Source: Amphiscolops sp. MND2022 (lineage: Eukaryota). Taken from it: a stretch of DNA of 64,000 bases. The DNA is taken from the NCBI GenBank assembly GCA_964187785.1, contig OZ076409.1, forward strand, positions 58,096,001 through 58,160,000, written 5' to 3'. Made by a program: the position numbers and the translations under genes. Each line of letters opens with the position of its first letter. Within the stretch, counting starts at the first letter, position 1. The notes beneath the pieces were generated by a model. That model was not told the DNA's origin. It ran no database searches and saw only the letters and a program-made list of their open reading frames with translations. Positions 62,081-64,000 of the stretch are shown here, piece by piece.

Positions 62081-64000
62081 GCGCAACTGACGCAACCTCA
62101 AAGTTCGAAACACGCGTATTGTTAGATTATATTCGATTCATTATACAAAAGGTTTTACACTTCAGTAACTCGGGAAATTGCATCGCTCGGAAATTTTTGC
62201 AACAAACAACGGGAAATAATTTTGACATTAAACTGCTGACTGATTCTGCCTAGTTCTGATTTGTTCAAGATCTGAATTTGCCAAAAAATGCTCTGGAAGA
62301 TGAATGCTAGTGTCAACGTGTGCAAAAAATTTTAAATAAATGAATTGCGTGTAAAGTACCTGCGAGACACTTATGACTATACAGCAAAACATTTCGTAGT
62401 TTTTCGTGTCGCCCTCAGTTGGTGCTGTACGACTGTTTGAAAAGGCGGGAGCAGCATAAGTGGTCGCCCGCCGTGAGGCTCGAAAAGAGAAAAAATACGT
62501 AAAAGCAAAATGGGTTTGATAAAAATTTCTATCACATTAGGCCTAACCAGGCTTTATTTTGTCACCGGAAATACATAATACCAAAGCTTTCCCTTCGTTT
62601 AAACACCAGAAACATCAAAGAACAGAAGCGAGAATCCTTAACGTTCTCCCATATGATAGTTCCGTGACCACTTGTCGAGGTCTTGCCGGAGGCGCAGTTG
62701 GGCAAAGAGCAAAGGCTTCGCAAAACTCAATACCCAAAGTCTGAAACTTCAAGCAATTAAGTTTAAATCTCTACGGAGTCACTCTTCACTCGGGGGCTTC
62801 GGCAGGCAAATCTACCATGAGAAATAAAGTGTCAACCGAAACTCTCTCCGAGAGGTTTTTCAGCATGTTTTTCAGCAGGGAGGTATCTCAGCATGTCTCG
62901 TGGAAAAGGGACAAAAATTGGCAGTCTGTTTGTCGTACTTTGTGACGAAAACAATGTCACAATAAAAACTTGGTTCCATCAACGTTTAGAGCATTTTTGA
63001 TAACGTTTAATATCCCCTTGAGGATCCGCTCCTAAGACCTATTCACAGGAACTTTGTCGTAGCTCAGACTTCATTAACAAACAACTAACTTGGAGAGAAG
63101 AACTAACTAACCTGAGAAGAGCAACTAACTTGTTCAGAGAAACATTCAATAATAACACTCGCCAGATGAACTTAGAAGTCGACATTGCTAGTTCGTCATA
63201 AAGGGTGACTGCTTCTTCATAGAAGGATAGTATATGGATAGTATAGCTCATAGAAAATAGTTATTGCATTAATAACAGCTGTGAGAGCTAACAAAAATAT
63301 AGGTTAGCTATGTAACTGGGTTTATGTAAGTCTGTCAATGCTCACAACAACGTTTTAGGAAAAGAAATTTTTTTCCTACTTTTTCCTGCTTGAAAATTCT
63401 TGAAAAGATTGATTGAAAATTACATAGCACTTGCGTCATTGGTCATCGCTGTTTTCTGGTTGGGGCTAGAAAGCAGGAGTAGGAGGGTTCGACTACCGCG
63501 TGTGAGCAAAGATTTTACGTTTACAAACGAAGAAGAGACCTAAGAGTCCCCCTTTCCTTCGACATTCTTCGACTTTTTCGTGCTTTTGCTTTTTGAGTTA
63601 ACCAAAGATCCAGAGTAAATCTTGTTCCTACTACTGCTAGCTGACTGCTAAACTTCTATATAACGGCAAAATATCGTTTCATGATGTTGTTTTGAGTTTT
63701 GGTTCCTATAGAGCGAGTTGTTCAAATATTGAACCTTTTTGAAGGATATTTTGGTTACAATTAAATTACAAAATTGAATTAAGAAAAAAGTCACTTCAGC
63801 TCTGTTTGTTTTCTTGGCCTTCTTTCGCTCTGGTATAGACCCAGGGGTGCCAAAGGACCAATTTGTTCCTTCCAAATTTCTAACTGATAAAAGCAACTGA
63901 AGGAATCCATTCAGAAAAAAGCGACTATAGTCACGACTTTTCATCCGTTTTTTCGACACACCCGAAATAGCCAAAACAGTTCTACAAAAGTTCTTCAATT

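Noticed and set aside
62940..63350. Possible additional solo LTR ending ..CACAACA
   Set aside because: Could not find a matching TG start with a TSD.

Overview
AT-rich, repeat-dense eukaryotic (invertebrate-like) genomic window. No prokaryotic genes or CRISPR array. Host genes: two tandem, minus-strand, intron-containing Cys-loop ligand-gated ion channel (nAChR-like, non-alpha) paralogs. Gene A has 3 exons (49038-33870, 445 aa by my splice model, with a 13.5-kb TE-filled intron that includes a 200-N gap). Gene B has 4 exons (58964-55414, 444 aa). Most of the rest is mobile DNA. The most notable element is a >15-kb degenerate Ty3/gypsy retrovirus-like element (1503-16644, minus) with gag, PR-RT-RH-IN, a class III (herpes gB/chuvirus G-like) envelope gene, an unknown post-env ORF and three structured leader hairpins; a Bel/Pao element is inserted in its 3' part. 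Also present: a decayed Copia element whose gag region became a two-layered ~1.6-kb tandem array; an 8-kb non-autonomous two-LTR element with AT-hook-like ORFs; a 1.8-kb solo LTR with TSD; hAT and other MITEs; a 245-bp palindrome; Helentron/DINE-like (HINE) elements carrying tRNA-derived segments; and decayed gypsy and possibly Penelope fragments. All family calls come from motif recognition by eye and need HMM/BLAST confirmation.
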